Assembly: GCA_030609325.1 (NCBI GenBank)
Contig: JAUWCL010000012.1
Coordinates: 8,261-72,260, forward strand
DNA from: Candidatus Krumholzibacteriota bacterium
GTDB taxonomy: Bacteria; Krumholzibacteriota; Krumholzibacteriia; Krumholzibacteriales; Krumholzibacteriaceae
Reading direction: 5' to 3'
DNA: 64,000 bases
The notes under the pieces are model-generated. The model ran no database searches. It was not told the DNA's origin and saw only the letters and a list, made by a program, of their open reading frames with translations. The translations under genes were made by a program, and so were the position numbers. Positions 30,511 through 40,885 of the stretch are shown in pieces (within the stretch, counting starts at the first letter, position 1; each line of letters begins with the position of its first letter).

Positions 30511-30798
30511 TATCCTCGATCTCCTTTCGCTCGCTCATCGCATCGACCTGTCGTATTACCATGACGTTCAGAAACATACTAATAGCAAAGACATTTCACG
30601 CATGCCAGATATTTTTCCGGGACATCAATTCCAGAAAATCGTAAATCGGAATATGATTTTCCCTCATGAAGGTGATACTTGAGATATTCGATGACTCATG
30701 GCGCATAGCGCTCGAGGTGATCGACGGCTGGCGGGAACAGGGACACCAGGCGGAACCGTATTTGCTGAACTCAGGCGACTCCTTCTGTAAAACGGGCA

Positions 30799-32865
30799 TC
30801 AACCGACGGATTCTTCCGCTTCCAGTGTATTGAGCACGAGCTCTGCGATATCCACGACCTGCAGTGTGTCGTCCATGTCCATGATTTTGATCGAGTCGTC
30901 GAGCATCTGCATGCAGTACGGGCACGAGGTCACAATCGTGTCGGCTCCGGCGTCTCGTGCCTGTTTGACGCGCAGGTTGTTTATCCGTTCCCCCTCCTTG
31001 ATATCCATCCAGAAGTGTCCCCCGCCGCCTCCACAGCACATGCTTTTACTGGCATGCATCTTCATCTCGGTAACCCGGGCGCCGGGGATCGCCTTGAGCA
31101 CCTCGCGCGGTGAATCGTAGATCTTCTGATACCTGCCGAGGTAGCATGGATCGTGGTATACGATGTGGCTGTCGCGGCCGTGCCGCGGCTTCAGCACACC
31201 GGCCCAGAGCATCTCGTGCAGGAACTCACTGTAGTGAACGACATTGTAATGACCGCCGAACTGCGGGTACTCGTTCTTGAACACATTGTAGCAGTGCGGG
31301 CACGACACGAGTAAAATTCTGAATGTGCGGCTGTTCAGGAGTTCCACCTGTTCCTTCGCGATGGTCTGGAAGGTGTACTCCTGCCCGAGCACGCGGGCCG
31401 GATCCCCGCAGCATTTCTCATCGGCGCCGAGCACGGCAAAATCGATGCCGCAACGCCGGAGAAGCACGGCTAGATCCGATGCTATCTTTCGCTTCGTCGG
31501 ATCGAGCGACGTACAGCAACCGACCCAGTAGAGTATGTCGCACTCCTCGTTCGGGCCCACCACGGGCACTCCCAGTTCCGTTATCCAGTCGACCCGCTCC
31601 TCCTGGGGCCCGAACGGATTCCCCTGCGTTTCCAGTATCTTCAGAGCACTCGCGGCCTCCGAGGGGAGGCGTCCATGCATGACGACTTCGTTGCGCCTGA
31701 TCTCTATCATCGTATCCACATGGTCGATGCAGGCGGGACACACCTCCATGCACACCATGCATGTTCTGCAGTGCCAGATGAAATCTTCGTCGAATGCCGC
31801 TCCCACAATCCCACCGTTGTTTTCCCCGTCTTCGGGTTCCGCTGTTTTTCCCCCGTTGCCCGAGATTTTTCCCCGTTCCTTCTCGTACAGGAGATCCTTG
31901 CAGCTCAGGATGAACTGTTTCGGGGAGAATGGCAGGCCCGCGATATACGACGGGCACAGCTCCTCGCACCTGCCGCAGCCGATGCATGCATCGAGATCGA
32001 GTCTCTGTTTCCACGTCAGTTCATCGGTGGATTGAACGCCTATCCGGAATTGTTCCTCGTCGAAATCCTCATCCGATATCATCGCCTCGATGTCAAATCT
32101 CTTGAGTTTTCCCCGCGGCCCGAATTTGGCGAAGAAGATGTTCGCGGGGAGCGTGAGAATGTGAAAGAACTTCGTGTAGGGAATGGAAGCGATCCACACG
32201 AGGGCCAGAACGGTGTGTCCCCACCAGAGGAAGACATGAATGGATGCAGCGTGCTGCGCGCCGGTCCCCGTGAAGAGGAGGCTGAAGAGATACCCAACCG
32301 GTGAGAGTGCGGGCCATGGGTCGCCCTCGACGGCCATACGGAGCCCTTCCGTGAGGAATCCGCTCACGACGATCAGGGCGATAATGAGGAGGGCCCAGGT
32401 GTCTCCGAATACGGTGTCGATGTATTTCGGTTTTTGCACGTAGCGGCGCAGTGCTGCCATGAGCAAGCCGATCAGGATGAAAAGCCCGCCGATGTCCGCC
32501 GCGAACGAGAGAAACAGATATATCCTGCCCCTGAAGAGACTGGTGCCGAAATCGTAATCAAGCATGATCACGGCCGTCGTGATCACGAGGATGGCGAAGG
32601 AGTAGAAGATGAAGCTGTGAAACAGACCGGGGAAGAGCTTGCTGTTTACCTGGCGCTGGAGTGCGATCTCCTTGATCATGAAAACGAACCGTTTTCCAAA
32701 ATCCGCGAGTCGCTCATTGTCCGATTTGCCCCTCTTCCATATCTTGATCCTGCCGATCAGGCCCCACACGAATACGATCAATGACACGGCGAACAGTGCA
32801 TACATCAGCCAGTCGGGGGAGATGTTCCACATGATCTCGCGGGAGGCCTCGGAGAAATCAGTCAT
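30799..32865 (-). CDS. Membrane-bound Fe-S oxidoreductase (FadF/HdrD-like: TM domain, two 4Fe-4S clusters, two CCG domains)
   Basis: CIGCGRCEELCP, CRTCMVCMEVCP, CCGDP, HDPCYLGR, CCGGGGG. Confidence 0.9.
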   Translation of the reverse strand: MTDFSEASREIMWNISPDWLMYALFAVSLIVFVWGLIGRIKIWKRGKSDNERLADFGKRFVFMIKEIALQRQVNSKLFPGLFHSFIFYSFAILVITTAVIMLDYDFGTSLFRGRIYLFLSFAADIGGLFILIGLLMAALRRYVQKPKYIDTVFGDTWALLIIALIVVSGFLTEGLRMAVEGDPWPALSPVGYLFSLLFTGTGAQHAASIHVFLWWGHTVLALVWIASIPYTKFFHILTLPANIFFAKFGPRGKLKRFDIEAMISDEDFDEEQFRIGVQSTDELTWKQRLDLDACIGCGRCEELCPSYIAGLPFSPKQFILSCKDLLYEKERGKISGNGGKTAEPEDGENNGGIVGAAFDEDFIWHCRTCMVCMEVCPACIDHVDTMIEIRRNEVVMHGRLPSEAASALKILETQGNPFGPQEERVDWITELGVPVVGPNEECDILYWVGCCTSLDPTKRKIASDLAVLLRRCGIDFAVLGADEKCCGDPARVLGQEYTFQTIAKEQVELLNSRTFRILLVSCPHCYNVFKNEYPQFGGHYNVVHYSEFLHEMLWAGVLKPRHGRDSHIVYHDPCYLGRYQKIYDSPREVLKAIPGARVTEMKMHASKSMCCGGGGGHFWMDIKEGERINNLRVKQARDAGADTIVTSCPYCMQMLDDSIKIMDMDDTLQVVDIAELVLNTLEAEESVG

Positions 32866-32964
32866 TCGATGTCCCTTTCAGTATGTGCGTCAAGAGTTCT
32901 GTGCGTTCACCCCGGCGGACGGCCGGGGGGCGGATTTCCAGGAAAGGACGGGAGAGCGATTCCA

Positions 32965-33438
32965 TCATGCCCTGTCCGTCACGAAATTGAGCCGTGCGGG
33001 CTTTTTGATCTTGAGCCTGACGCTCGCCCCGGCCGGTTTTTCAACTTTGAGCCCTTTGCGCACCGTACCGCTCCGGAGGTAATCCCTCGTCATCTGGGAT
33101 ACGCAATCCCACATTGTCGTGGTGGCTTCCATTGTGACCGACTTGAGCCGCAGGATCGTGAGGAGTTCTTTCAGATTCGCCCAGTTTCTGGAGATGGTCC
33201 ACACCCTCTCGACCAGTATGAGGTCATAGTCCCTCTTGTCCTCGAGCATCGCTTTCACGCCGGGTCTCGACAGAACATCCTCGTTGTAGATCTCGTCCTC
33301 GTAGAATCCAAGGATCTCGATACCGTTTTTTTCCGCATAATCGATGATCTGCTGTTTCTGGTACTCGCGGGAAATGACATCCCCGGTCTGACCCAGAATT
33401 ATGTCGCTGAAATAGGCGATTGCCTTTTTCTGCTTCAT
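32965..33438 (-). CDS. Serine-resolvase-fold protein with degenerate catalytic motifs and no DNA-binding domain
   Basis: 'KAIAY', 'Q..I..YA', 'YED', 'RPG..ML' fold signature; YxRVS replaced by YFSD and DRLxR by WTISR; GGAGG RBS. Confidence 0.7.
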   Translation of the reverse strand: MKQKKAIAYFSDIILGQTGDVISREYQKQQIIDYAEKNGIEILGFYEDEIYNEDVLSRPGVKAMLEDKRDYDLILVERVWTISRNWANLKELLTILRLKSVTMEATTTMWDCVSQMTRDYLRSGTVRKGLKVEKPAGASVRLKIKKPARLNFVTDRA

Positions 33439-33473
33439 GTTTTCCTCCTTTGAGCGTTTTGCGAATAGTGAGC

Positions 33474-33489
33474 GCAAGTTATTGTCCAG
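33474..33489 (-). promoter_or_regulatory. sigma54 (-24/-12) promoter
   Basis: CTGGACAATAACTTGC, GG-N10-GC, about 35 nt before the ATG. Confidence 0.6.
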
Positions 33490-33573
33490 AATGTATAAAT
33501 ATTCATAAGTACAGATATTTAATGTAATTAGATTGTTCGATGATATTTCCCGCGGGTAGATAAAGCGGCTATA

Positions 33574-33733
33574 TGTATAAATTAGTTATACACCATGTAT
33601 GCGTTTGGCCGTTCCAATCAACGGTGCCCTCGCGTAAGTGCTTAGAATTAATATAGTAATAAGAACAAGTGTTTTTAGGTATATGCTGTGCCGTATGTAT
33701 TAAATAAAAATACATGTATACTATTTTTATACA
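33574..33733. repeat. Three 19-bp palindromes TGTAT-N9-ATACA
   Basis: At 33574-33592, 33696-33714 and 33715-33733. Confidence 0.75.
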
Positions 33734-33807
33734 TTATTGCATTGACATGTATCGTATGTACAGGAATAATCAGGAATTAAGAGCAATGAGGTGCAATTCG
33801 AATCGGT

Positions 33808-35555
33808 ATGTTTAACCCGGGAGCGGAATCGATGAGAAGAACGTTTGATCTGTTTTCACATGCACGGGAAATGCTGCGGAACATTTCATTCAGGACGCGT
33901 CTGATCACCGCCTTCTTCGTATTGATTATAAGCTCCGCCTCGGCCACCATCATGATCGGCAATACCGTTTTCGGCCGCAAGGTAGACGAGCTGGCCAGTT
34001 CAAAGGTGGCGGTCGACTTGAAGGTTGCCGAGCAGGTCTTCAATGCAAGACTCGAGAAGCTGCGGCTTCTCACGGTGGCGGCTTCGGGCAGGGAATGCTT
34101 CGCAAACGAATCATTCTGCAGGTTCTTACTGGAGGAAGTGCCCGAGGGAATCGCGGTCTTTTCAACGGGGGGCGGCGCCATCGCGTGCAGTTTCAGCAAT
34201 AACGTGCATTCGGGTGGGGGAGCGGGGAAGGTAGAGATATGCAACCCGGAGGATGGTGCACACGTATCGACCGGAATCGTCACGAAACAAATAAGAGCCG
34301 GCCGGATGACGAACATCCCACTGGCCGAACTCCATGAGACTGTATTGATGAAGGGTACTGCCGTCGCATCCGTCATGGCTCTCGACCGATCGGACCTGCG
34401 TACGCTGGGGATTGAGGGTTCCTTTGAAAGGGAACTGTTTCTGTTCGCTGCCGCGCCGCTCGACGATGAAAGGGTGATGAGCATCGGGTACACACTGAAC
34501 GGAAGAAACGGTCTCGTATCGTATATATTGGGTGAGGTGTCACCTGGGGGGGCAGTGGCAGCGCCGCCACAATCTACCTCGGAAATACCCGCATAGCGAC
34601 AAACCTGGGAGAAAGTGTGATAGGAACCACCGCGGATCCCGAAGTGGTGGATGCCGTTATACGGAACGGGAGGCCCTACCGCGGAATCGCCACCATCCAC
34701 GATATGAGCTACTATGCGGCATATTCCCCCCTCGAGGATTTTGCCGGCCGTGTGGTCGGCATGATCGAGCTCGGAAGGCTCGCAAGATCATTCAATACGA
34801 TGGTCCGGGCGGTCAAGGAACGCGACATGATGCTGCGGGAGGTGACCGAAAGGCAGCTTTCCCGTGTCGAGAAACAGGTTTCCATCGGCCGGCTGGCGGC
34901 CGGCGTCGCCCACGAGATCAATAATCCGCTGACCGTTGTCCTTACACTTTCCCGGCTGATGCTCAAGCATGTGCCGGGGGACGATTCCCATCACGAGGAT
35001 TTGACCATGATCGTGCAGGAGACGAGCCGCTGCCGGGACATTGTCCGGAGCCTGCTCGATTTTGCCCGGGAGAGCCGGCTGCAGAAGGAGATCGTCGATG
35101 TGAATACGGTCGTCAAGGATACGCTGTTTCTTGCGAGCAAGTACAATGCTATGGAAGGCGTCAAGCTGGATCTCGAACTCTGCCTGGATCCTCTCGTCGT
35201 CGACATCGACACGAAACAGATGCAGCAGGTTTTCGCCAACATACTGCTCAACGCGGCGGAGGCCGCGGATGGGGAAAACGGTGAGATCACAATACGGACG
35301 GACGAGGATTCCTCCGGTGGATTCGCCACGATCTCCTTCACTGACAATGGCAAGGGTATCTCGGAGGATCATATCGAGAAGGTGTTCGAGCCCTCCTTCA
35401 CGAACAAGGAGAAGGGTACGGGGCTAGGTCTGTCGGTTTCTCTCGGTATCGTGAGAAGGCATGACGGGACCATTGAGATCGAGAGCGAGCCCGGCCGGGG
35501 GACAACGGTGATTGTTGTAATTCCCAAGGTCGATACCGTGAGACGCACAACATGA
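33808..35555 (+). pseudogene. Cache-HAMP sensor histidine kinase with a frameshift and an apparent internal deletion
   Basis: Frame switch at G7, 34546-34552 ('TIYLGNTRIATN' continues in another frame); 'VVGMI' abuts 'ELGRLARSFN' with TM2 missing; H-box AHEINNPL and G boxes intact. Confidence 0.7.
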
Positions 35556-36985
35556 AGGAGTGCCGAATGGATAATGCTCCGGTACAAGTGCTGGTTGTCG
35601 ATGACGAGAGAACAGTCTGTATCAGCTGCAAACGGGTGCTCGAGGATGAGGATTACGCGGTGGATTACGTTCTCTCGGGTGAGGAGGGGCTCGAGAGGGC
35701 CGTCAACGGCAGCTACGATGTGGTTCTTCTCGATCTCAAGATGCCGGGCATGCACGGGCTCGAGGTCCTGGAAATGATCAAGAAGCGGCGCCCTGAGTTG
35801 ATTGTGATCATCATCACCGGGTACGCTACTATCCAGACGAGCATAGAGGCCATCAAGAAGGGTGCTTTCGACTACGTCCCGAAGCCGTTCACTCCAGAGG
35901 AGCTCGCGATGACCGTCACCAGGGCGCTGGAGGACAGGGCACTCCGGAGCGAGAACATATTTCTCAAGCAGGATATATCCATGCTCCGCCGGGAAAGTCC
36001 CATAATCGGCCGGTCGAAGGCTATGGAAGACATCATGCGCCAGATACTGAAGATCGCCCCGACCGACTTCACCGTGGCGATATACGGCGAGTCGGGTACG
36101 GGAAAGGAACTCGTCGCGCGTGCCATACACGACAACAGCAATCGCAGCGGCAAGCAGTTTGTGGCCGTTGATATCTCGTCCCTGGCGCCCGCCCTCGTCG
36201 AGTCGGAATTGTTCGGGCATGTGCGGGGAGCGTTCACCGGGGCGACGCAGCACAGGCCGGGGTACTTCTCCATCGCTCACGGCGGCACCCTGTTTCTGGA
36301 TGAGATATCCAATATAAGTCAGGAGCTTCAGAGCAAGCTCCTGAGGGTGCTCGAGAGTCATCGGGTCCGGCAGGTCGGTTCCGAGCGGGAGCAGAAGGTG
36401 GATGTGAGGGTCATAGCAGCCACGAACAAGGATCTGCACCAGCTCGTGGAGGACGGGAGTTTTCGCGAGGATCTCTATTACCGCCTCAACGTCATCCCGA
36501 TAACGGTGCCTCCTTTGAGCGAACGGACGGAGGATATCCCGCAACTGGCGATGCATTTTCTGCGGATGGCAGCGAAGGAGTCGGGTACGACGGAAAAGGC
36601 GTTTACGACGCAGGCAATGGCCAAGTTCGTTTCCTACAAGTGGCCCGGCAACGTGAGAGAGCTGAGGAACCTGGTCTACCGGCTGGTTGCAATGATAGAG
36701 ACGGATCTCATCGGTGTGGAACAATTGCCGCCGGAGCTTATGGAACCCCCGGTGAGCACATGGAAGCTCGTGATGGACAGCGTGCCGCGCGATGCCGACG
36801 AACTAAAAGTGATGAAAACGAAGCTCAAGCAGATGGTATTCGCACGGGTCGAGAAGAATTTCGTGGTCGACGCGCTCAACCGCTCCGGCTGGAATGTAAC
36901 GCGCGCCGCCGAACTCGTCGGGATGCACCGTCCCAACTTCCATGCGCTGATGAGAAAGTACGGAATCAGGATCAGGGGCGCATGA
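35552..36985 (+). CDS. NtrC-family sigma54-dependent response regulator
   Basis: Receiver domain (DD, DLKMP, KPF), GESGTGKE, GAFTGA, WPGNVREL, Fis-type HTH. Confidence 0.95.
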   Translation: MKECRMDNAPVQVLVVDDERTVCISCKRVLEDEDYAVDYVLSGEEGLERAVNGSYDVVLLDLKMPGMHGLEVLEMIKKRRPELIVIIITGYATIQTSIEAIKKGAFDYVPKPFTPEELAMTVTRALEDRALRSENIFLKQDISMLRRESPIIGRSKAMEDIMRQILKIAPTDFTVAIYGESGTGKELVARAIHDNSNRSGKQFVAVDISSLAPALVESELFGHVRGAFTGATQHRPGYFSIAHGGTLFLDEISNISQELQSKLLRVLESHRVRQVGSEREQKVDVRVIAATNKDLHQLVEDGSFREDLYYRLNVIPITVPPLSERTEDIPQLAMHFLRMAAKESGTTEKAFTTQAMAKFVSYKWPGNVRELRNLVYRLVAMIETDLIGVEQLPPELMEPPVSTWKLVMDSVPRDADELKVMKTKLKQMVFARVEKNFVVDALNRSGWNVTRAAELVGMHRPNFHALMRKYGIRIRGA

Positions 36986-37069
36986 TGACCTGCCCACAGT
37001 GGCTGTACCACTCTGACAGCGAATCCGGCGCCCGACAATTCTCCAGTTATCATGTCAGATTTACACTAC

Positions 37070-37085
37070 TTGGAACAGAATTTGC
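37070..37085 (+). promoter_or_regulatory. sigma54 promoter upstream of the phzF-like gene
   Basis: TTGGAACAGAATTTGC, GG-N10-GC. Confidence 0.55.
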
Positions 37086-37157
37086 GACTGCAATAGTTTT
37101 TAAGCGGAATTCTTATTCTGATGTGGTTAATTGCAGCATATTCGATAAAGAAACAGG

Positions 37158-38153
37158 ATGAACATTATTGCATATCAGGTCGACGCCTTCACTCAAGAAC
37201 CGTTCAGTGGCAATCCGGCCATGGTTGTCACAGAGGCGGATGAGCTTTCCGATGATATTATGCAACTGGTCGCCAACGAGATATATCTCTCAGAGACTGT
37301 CTTTATAATAAGGTCCGAATCGAAGGATTCATCATTCAGGTTCCGGTTCTTCACACACAGTGAAGAAATCGACATGAGCGGCCATGCTGTTATCGCCGCA
37401 TGTTATACACTGATCAATGAAGGCCGGATACTCCTCGATGATGGTATTACAAAGGTGTGTGTGGAGACTAATATCGGGAGTGTCCCTGTCAATATTTACT
37501 TCAGAAAAAACGAACCTTCGGATAATGTCGCCGACAGAAATGATCCTCTTGCCGGTATCGCGATTACGGGTGATAATACAGGTATACTCGAAAAGATCTT
37601 GATTCATCAGGAGATCCGTCGCTATCGGCCTTCAGATATTCCTGTCAGTAAAATAGTCGATATTCTCGGGATAGACGAAAGGGAAATAACGAATACAGGG
37701 CTTCCTCTTGAGGTCGTATCTACCGGTATCGAGACTCTGCTTCTCCCGGTTACCAGTAAAGAAACGATCCTTAATATGAATCCTGATCTTATCAAATTGA
37801 ACCAGCTGAACAAACGGTTCGGTATCCAGTCAAATCACCTTTTCTCTCTTGATACGTTCTCCGAAGACTGTATTACCTATTCAAGGGATTTCATCCCTTC
37901 CCTGGGAATGTGGGAAGACCCGGCCAGCGGCACATCCTCGGCGGCCCTCGGCACATACCTGATCCGCCACGGCATCACCTCTTCTGGATCCATGATCATG
38001 GAACAGGGGAATGAGAAGGGCAGCCTGGCCAAGATCCTCGTGGAAAAAGGTGATTCTGAAAATGTAACCGGGTCTATCTGGATCGGAGGACTTGCCGCTT
38101 TATCGATCAAAAGGAATATCGTTATTGAAGAAAACGCAGTTACTATAGTCTAG
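37158..38153 (+). CDS. PhzF-family isomerase
   Basis: 'QVDAFT...GNPA', 'SETVF', 'EDPASG', 'EQG'. Confidence 0.9.
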   Translation: MNIIAYQVDAFTQEPFSGNPAMVVTEADELSDDIMQLVANEIYLSETVFIIRSESKDSSFRFRFFTHSEEIDMSGHAVIAACYTLINEGRILLDDGITKVCVETNIGSVPVNIYFRKNEPSDNVADRNDPLAGIAITGDNTGILEKILIHQEIRRYRPSDIPVSKIVDILGIDEREITNTGLPLEVVSTGIETLLLPVTSKETILNMNPDLIKLNQLNKRFGIQSNHLFSLDTFSEDCITYSRDFIPSLGMWEDPASGTSSAALGTYLIRHGITSSGSMIMEQGNEKGSLAKILVEKGDSENVTGSIWIGGLAALSIKRNIVIEENAVTIV

Positions 38154-38238
38154 TGCTCCGCACGGCGGCAGTGTGCAAGGCAAAAAGTGAGAACGCAGGA
38201 GATTTAAGAATGCCGGAATTTGCCGGTCGACAACCCGG

Positions 38239-39924
38239 CTACTTCCTCATAAGCGATCTGTACTTGATTCGTTTCGGGATCTCGGCGGCCGTGCCGAGCC
38301 GTTCCCTCTTGTTTTTCTCGTAGTCGGAGAAGTTCCCCTCGAACCAGTGCGTCATGCTGTCGCCCTCGAAGGCCAGTATGTGGGTGGCGATCCTGTCGAG
38401 GAACCACCTGTCGTGGCTGATGACGACTGCGCACCCGCCGAAGTTCTCGAGGGCCTCCTCGAGCGCCCGCATAGTATTGACGTCGAGGTCGTTGGTCGGC
38501 TCGTCGAGGAGGATGACATTGGCGCCTTCCTTGAGGACCATCGCGAGGTTGACCCTGTTGCGCTCGCCGCCGGAGAGGATCCCGACCTTCTTCGACTGGT
38601 CTGAGCCGGAGAAGTTGAACCGCGCTACGTAAGCGCGCGAGTTGATCTCCCTGCTGCCGAGCATCAGGGTATCCCTGCCGTCCGAGATCTGCTCCCAGAT
38701 CGACTTCCCGGGATCGAGCAGCTCCCTCGACTGGTCTGCGTAGGCCAGTTTCACCGTTTCCCCGGTCCTTATGCTTCCCGAATCCGGCGTCTCCTGGCCG
38801 GTGATCAGCCTGAAAAGGGTCGTCTTGCCCGCGCCGTTGGCGCCGATCACCCCGACGATACCGCCGGGAGGGAGGGAGAAGTCAAGGCCCTCGAAGATTA
38901 TCCTGCCGTCGTAGACCTTCGACACGTTCTCCGCCTCGATCACTACTCCGCCGAGCCTCGGACCGGGCGGCACGTAGATCTCCAGGTCCTTCCGGCGCTT
39001 CTCGCCCTCGTCGCTCAGGAGGCTCTCGTACGAGTTGATGCGGGCCTTCGACTTGGTCTGGCGCGCTTTCGGGGACATCCTGATCCACTCCAGCTCGCGC
39101 TGCAGGGTCTTTCGGCGCTGCGACTCATGCTTCTCCTCGAGGGCGAGCCGGTTCTGCTTCTGTTCGAGCCAGGAGGAGTAGTTTCCCTTCCATGGGATTC
39201 CCTCGCCGCGATCGAGCTCAAGGATCCAGCCGGCGACGTTGTCGAGGAAATACCGGTCGTGGGTCACCGCGATGATGGTTCCTGCGTAGGCCTGGAGGTG
39301 ATGTTCGAGCCAGGCGACCGTCTCGGCGTCGAGATGGTTCGTCGGCTCGTCGAGCAGGAGTATGTCGGGTTTCTGGAGGAGCAGGCGGCAGAGGGCGACT
39401 CTTCTCTTTTCGCCGCCCGAGATATGCCGGATCTTCATGTCGGACGGGGGACACCTGAGGGCGTCCATCGCCATATCGAGCCTTGAGTCGAGGTCCCAGG
39501 CGTCGAGAACGTCTATCTGTTCCTGAATCTTTCCCTGCTCATCGAGAAGGGCGGCCATCTCGTCGTCGTCCATCGGCTCGGCGAACCTGGCGCTTATCTC
39601 GTTGAACTTCCGCAGGAGCTCGACCGTCTCGTGGACCCCTTCCTCGACGATCTCCCTGACCGTCTTCTCATCGTCGAGGTGCGGCTCCTGCTCGAGAAAG
39701 CCTGTCGTGTAGCCGGGGGAGGGGATCGTCTGCCCGGTGAAATCCCGGTCGACGCCGGCGAGGATCCGGAGAAGAGTACTCTTGCCGGCGCCGTTGAGGC
39801 CGAGCACCCCGATCTTCGCGCCGTAGAAGTACGATAGTGAGATATCCTTGAGGATCTGCCTGTTGTTGTGGAACTTGCTCACCCTCATCATCGTGTAGAT
39901 GATCTTGTTCGGATTGTCGGCCAT
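38239..39924 (-). CDS. ettA: Energy-dependent translational throttle ABC-F ATPase
   Basis: 'GAKIGVLGLNGAGKST', 'ELEWIR', two ABC domains, 'IKYR' C-terminus. Confidence 0.95.
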   Translation of the reverse strand: MADNPNKIIYTMMRVSKFHNNRQILKDISLSYFYGAKIGVLGLNGAGKSTLLRILAGVDRDFTGQTIPSPGYTTGFLEQEPHLDDEKTVREIVEEGVHETVELLRKFNEISARFAEPMDDDEMAALLDEQGKIQEQIDVLDAWDLDSRLDMAMDALRCPPSDMKIRHISGGEKRRVALCRLLLQKPDILLLDEPTNHLDAETVAWLEHHLQAYAGTIIAVTHDRYFLDNVAGWILELDRGEGIPWKGNYSSWLEQKQNRLALEEKHESQRRKTLQRELEWIRMSPKARQTKSKARINSYESLLSDEGEKRRKDLEIYVPPGPRLGGVVIEAENVSKVYDGRIIFEGLDFSLPPGGIVGVIGANGAGKTTLFRLITGQETPDSGSIRTGETVKLAYADQSRELLDPGKSIWEQISDGRDTLMLGSREINSRAYVARFNFSGSDQSKKVGILSGGERNRVNLAMVLKEGANVILLDEPTNDLDVNTMRALEEALENFGGCAVVISHDRWFLDRIATHILAFEGDSMTHWFEGNFSDYEKNKRERLGTAAEIPKRIKYRSLMRK

Positions 39925-39953
39925 TCATTCACCCCGTTAGTGCCGGCCGGCTC

Positions 39954-40250
39954 TCAGATCTCCTCGGTCAGCTCGAGGAATCTCTTGTATGGTATGGCGA
40001 TCAGGCTCTCAGACGAAAAGGCCCCGTTCGAGAGACTTATCATCGAGACCTTCGCCGCCGTGTCCTCGTCGGGCGCCTCGTAGATGTCGATGAAGTCATA
40101 TGCCCCGAGCAGCGCGTAATGGGAGATGAAGTTCACCTCCGGACATTTCTCTTTCACCTGGTCGAGCCATGCCCTGCCGAGCTTCGCCCGGTCCTTGACC
40201 TGCCTGCTCACCTCCGGCGAGAGCTTCGTAAGCAGAATATATGTCTGCAT
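39954..40250 (-). CDS. GYD-domain protein
   Basis: 'LGAYDF...EAPD'. Confidence 0.8.
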   Translation of the reverse strand: MQTYILLTKLSPEVSRQVKDRAKLGRAWLDQVKEKCPEVNFISHYALLGAYDFIDIYEAPDEDTAAKVSMISLSNGAFSSESLIAIPYKRFLELTEEI

Positions 40251-40343
40251 GAGTCACCTCCTTTTAAATAATTGTTCTCCGGAAGACTTACACTCGCTGA
40301 TTATCTCACAGAACACGGCGGATTCCGCAAATTATTCAAATGA

Positions 40344-40670
40344 TCATTTCTGCCATACGGCGTGGCCCCTGCGGCGCAGTATCCTCGCCAGTTCGGCCTC
40401 CATCTCCTGCGCGTCGGAGTACGAGAGCGGATTGTACTCCTCGTAAAGCATCGGGCACAGCCGCAGGCCGTATTCTCTCACGTACCGGTTCGATTTATGC
40501 CCTTCCTTGTGATTCTCGAACCTCTCCTCGGGGGAGAGGCCGGTCATGCCTACATAGTAGCATTTCCCGCCGGGATCGCAGCCGGGATTGGCCTTCTGAA
40601 ACCTCGATTCTTTCCGGACGGCTTCGTCCAGTTCGACTACATATACGTTGTGATGTTTCCTTGCGGGCAT
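40344..40670 (-). CDS. Stand-alone GIY-YIG-like nuclease
   Basis: 'NVYVVEL...YVGMTG..PEERF..H', 'E..LA'. Confidence 0.7.
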   Translation of the reverse strand: MPARKHHNVYVVELDEAVRKESRFQKANPGCDPGGKCYYVGMTGLSPEERFENHKEGHKSNRYVREYGLRLCPMLYEEYNPLSYSDAQEMEAELARILRRRGHAVWQK

Positions 40671-40885
40671 GCCTTGATCCTTTGTTACTCTGCCGCCGAT
40701 ATTATACAGATTGTCCTTGGTTTCGGCGAAAGAATACATATATTAGCCGGACAAACCGGTTTACGGGACTGTCTGCGGTCCGGGAGAAGGCCCGGATAAC
40801 ATATTTTGCGGCCCTGAAAAGGAGCCATACGTCCCGCGGCCCTGAAGAAAAGCCGTACGCCTTTCTGAAATCCGAAAGAACGAAT

